This document shows, in pieces, positions 55,033-57,402 of a DNA stretch of 57,402 bases. Position numbers and translations under genes: made by a program. The stretch lies in IMG/VR virus record IMGVR_UViG_3300033150_001005, positions 1 through 57,402 of that record; one strand, 5' to 3'. Source of the stretch: a virus (lineage: Duplodnaviria; Caudoviricetes). Position 1 is the stretch's first letter, and every line of letters starts with the position of its first letter. The notes under the pieces are model-generated. The model saw nothing but the letters and a program-made list of their open reading frames with translations, was not told where the DNA came from and made no database searches.

Positions 55033-55059
55033 GAAAAGTGCTAGCGGTTAGGGAGTGAG

Positions 55060-55428
55060 CTATTCTGGCGCAGCAAAAGATTCCAAGATCGGAATCCAGC
55101 CGCCCGCCCGCCGAATAGTGCGGGCCTTGTCGGCGAACACAATCCACCAAAGGCCGTGCTCGTAGGTCGCGTCCTCGATTTCCAAAGAGCCGTCCGGCAA
55201 GATCACGAGCTCGCAGTCATGATTGTTGACGCTCCACTCGAACTGGATTCCGCCTCGAACTGTCGGCACAACAACGACGTGCCGCAAGAGCGATTCAGGA
55301 AACCGCCGCATGAGCTTACGGGCCGTGCGCAGAGCGGCTCGCGTCGGCGGTTTGGCATTGTAGCTGTTCCAACCAGGCTTCAGCCCAGCAAGTTCATCGA
55401 GTTGAGCGAAAGCCTCAGTCCTGGTCAT
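55060..55428 (-). CDS. Hypothetical protein
   Basis: L.PGWNSY.A, P..GGIQ.EW pattern. Confidence 0.65.
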   Translation of the reverse strand: MTRTEAFAQLDELAGLKPGWNSYNAKPPTRAALRTARKLMRRFPESLLRHVVVVPTVRGGIQFEWSVNNHDCELVILPDGSLEIEDATYEHGLWWIVFADKARTIRRAGGWIPILESFAAPE

Positions 55429-55654
55429 GCTTTTTCCGATTCTGCCGAAACCCTCGGCGCATACCGACAAATGCTGAGGATTCCTGAATCTGCTCTTCCT
55501 CGTCCGCCGGCCGCCGCTTGGCCTCTCGCCACCATCGCGCACTGGCGCAAGCGGGACAGCCTCCGTGCGGGCGGCAAGCTGGATCGAATGCGCGCTTGCC
55601 GAAATAGGGGCGTCGCCAGTCCTTGCGGTGCGGGTAGGTGTTGTCAAAGCTCAT
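55415..55654 (-). CDS. Hypothetical protein
   Basis: R.PY...FD..CR.HG.C..C pattern. Confidence 0.65.
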   Translation of the reverse strand: MSFDNTYPHRKDWRRPYFGKRAFDPACRPHGGCPACASARWWREAKRRPADEEEQIQESSAFVGMRRGFRQNRKKHDQD

Positions 55655-55914
55655 ATCGTGCCGCGTTCAAGCAGTTCCTCGAAGCGCTCCACAAACTGCC
55701 GATATTCCTCGTCGTAGTTTGGCGGCGGATTCAGTCCGCGATCCCTGCAAACCTTCGCTACCGTCTTCACGAGATCCCAAACAATCGGATCATTCGGGGC
55801 AACCCAGCCCGGCGGCTTCTTCTCGCATCGTAGCGACAGCATGTCCAGATGCTGCGCTAGATCCTTCCAGTTCCACGGCAGCACGTCAACCAGTTGCTGG
55901 AGTTTGGCGTTCAT
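55651..55914 (-). CDS. Hypothetical protein
   Basis: ORF in operon. Confidence 0.5.
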   Translation of the reverse strand: MNAKLQQLVDVLPWNWKDLAQHLDMLSLRCEKKPPGWVAPNDPIVWDLVKTVAKVCRDRGLNPPPNYDEEYRQFVERFEELLERGTI

Positions 55915-56149
55915 TGGACAGTGTCAAAGGTTGCCGGGATTCTATTTCCGCGACCGCATCTTCGCAGAACTTACGAAGAACCGGATCAATGGCCCAGGCA
56001 AGCGTGTCGGCAATATCGTACAGCTCCTCATACGCTTCAGTGTCAGCATCGATTGCTGGCAATATGGCCACAATCTCGTCGTAGACGCGTTGGGCTTCTT
56101 CTCGGCTGAGTGTACCTGTGTCAACCCCCAGCAGTTCCTCGGTGTTCAT
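55886..56149 (-). CDS. Hypothetical acidic protein
   Basis: ORF in operon. Confidence 0.5.
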   Translation of the reverse strand: MNTEELLGVDTGTLSREEAQRVYDEIVAILPAIDADTEAYEELYDIADTLAWAIDPVLRKFCEDAVAEIESRQPLTLSNERQTPATG

Positions 56150-56158
56150 TGGACAGCC

Positions 56159-56365
56159 TCAAGGGTTCCGGACAAAGCATCTAGCCCCGCTGATCTCATC
56201 GCGGTGAAAGAATCCAATGTATCTGCCGCACTCCGGGCACAGGGCTTCATCGTTGCCCGGAAACTGCGCCTCCCAGGTGGCGCCGCAGGCTGGGCACGCT
56301 AGCCTCCAAATCGCAGCAGGGCGATAAAAGAATCTCGCGGTGCCCCAAGATAGTTCAGTGTTCAT
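56159..56365 (-). CDS. Small zinc-ribbon protein
   Basis: CPACG...CPECG. Confidence 0.6.
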   Translation of the reverse strand: MNTELSWGTARFFYRPAAIWRLACPACGATWEAQFPGNDEALCPECGRYIGFFHRDEISGARCFVRNP

Positions 56366-56912
56366 TGGTTTCCACCGCCTTCAGGCCCGCTGGCAGCCTT
56401 CGCACGAACCGCACATTGCCGCTGGCTTGGTCTAGCTCCCAGAATGCCCGCAGGAATCGCCGGTCCCGTCGGCCATCCTTGAAAGCCGGGGCACAGAGCT
56501 GTTTGGCCGCTTCGATCAAAGCCTTGCCGCGCACCAGGAGAATTCTATCCCCGCCGCTCTCGCTGATGATGTTGCCTTCGGCGTCCCGGACAACACGGTG
56601 CGGTGCGGCAAATGTCGGGTGACTGAACGCCGCCACGAGCCGCCCCTGAGGATCGCGGAACAGCGCCGGTGTCCCGAAAGCCAACCCTCGTCCGGCTGCA
56701 CAATAGCGCCGCAGTTGCCGGAGCCTCGTGGCAAGTTCGGTGGCGTCTGTCGGCCTGCGATAGGCGGTCCAGGCGCTGTCGGTTGCTGGGGCTTCTAGAG
56801 GCTTCAGTTCCTGCCCATGCAGTGTGGCAGCGGCCAAGGCGACCATGGTAAGCATAGCAACCCAAGACGCCGCTACCACAAACAGTTCGCACCAATGTCT
56901 ATCGTGTTTCAT
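56355..56912 (-). CDS. Hypothetical exported protein
   Basis: Hydrophobic N-terminus ending LHG-Q; GGAGGT SD. Confidence 0.6.
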   Translation of the reverse strand: MKHDRHWCELFVVAASWVAMLTMVALAAATLHGQELKPLEAPATDSAWTAYRRPTDATELATRLRQLRRYCAAGRGLAFGTPALFRDPQGRLVAAFSHPTFAAPHRVVRDAEGNIISESGGDRILLVRGKALIEAAKQLCAPAFKDGRRDRRFLRAFWELDQASGNVRFVRRLPAGLKAVETNEH

Positions 56913-56915
56913 CTC

Positions 56916-57402
56916 TCACCTCCAAACCGGCACCAACCCTAGCTTCCTCGGCAGCATCGCTAGTGCCCAAGTGCCGTCGGGTTGCCAGGGCGCGAGGAGC
57001 TTGGCGTGCAGCGGCGGCGATTGGCAGTGCGATTCCCAGCCGCTTACGCAAATGCTCCTGTAGTCCCAGTAGAGGCGCGCAATGCTGCGGTAGGAGCGCT
57101 GGGTCTCGGCGGCGCTGAGGGGGCGGGAGTAGATGGCGACAAGGGCTTGATCCATATGACCGTAGTAGTCGCCAGCACGACCAAGCCAAGGCTGACCCTT
57201 GGACAATTGAGAGTCAGCACTATAAGCCGTGTCAATAGTCAAGGGCGTGCCGTCAAGGTAGAAAGCGGACTCTTCTATATCCGTCTGTCCACTACCAGGA
57301 ACTGTGACAGCTAAGACGTGCCAGGTTTCGGTCTCGATAGTCTCGGCAAAATAGCAATAGTTTTCGCTATTGAGATAGATTAGTGGCTTGCTCTGATTAC
57401 CC
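56916..57402 (-). CDS. 3' part of the LamG-domain protein that starts at 1442
   Basis: WHVLAVT, FYLDG, VAIYSRPLSAAE. Confidence 0.8.
   Translation of the reverse strand, partial: GNQSKPLIYLNSENYCYFAETIETETWHVLAVTVPGSGQTDIEESAFYLDGTPLTIDTAYSADSQLSKGQPWLGRAGDYYGHMDQALVAIYSRPLSAAETQRSYRSIARLYWDYRSICVSGWESHCQSPPLHAKLLAPWQPDGTWALAMLPRKLGLVPVWR
57289..57402. repeat. Terminal direct repeat, copy 2
   Basis: Identical to 1-114. Confidence 0.97.

Overview
A complete, circular-assembling (114-bp terminal overlap; about 57.3 kb unique) temperate HK97-like siphovirus genome, almost entirely on the - strand. It encodes terminase, portal, protease, capsid, neck, tail and tape measure, a tyrosine integrase with a tRNA-Arg(TCT) attP, Rep with iterons plus DnaB, recombination genes, a lysis module and a tRNA-Gln. 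The main unexpected signal is two separate arrays (46932-47120 and 19576-19657) with an exact 18/36-nt period. They alternate two 10-nt repeats (- strand GAGCGAGCCA and GAGAGCACCA) with 8-nt variable segments. This is the architecture of TIGR guide-RNA arrays, but I recognise no Tas/Nop-domain gene anywhere in the genome. Other notable items: a + strand small-gene operon punctuated by a pseudoknotted type I hammerhead ribozyme and two copies of an unassigned covarying RNA motif; a glycosyl/methyl/sulfotransferase cluster inside the neck operon; a split sigma factor; a switch built from two RHH proteins; a stand-alone JAB protease; and several structural-region proteins with signal peptides. 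All calls are by eye from motifs and synteny; no database search was run.
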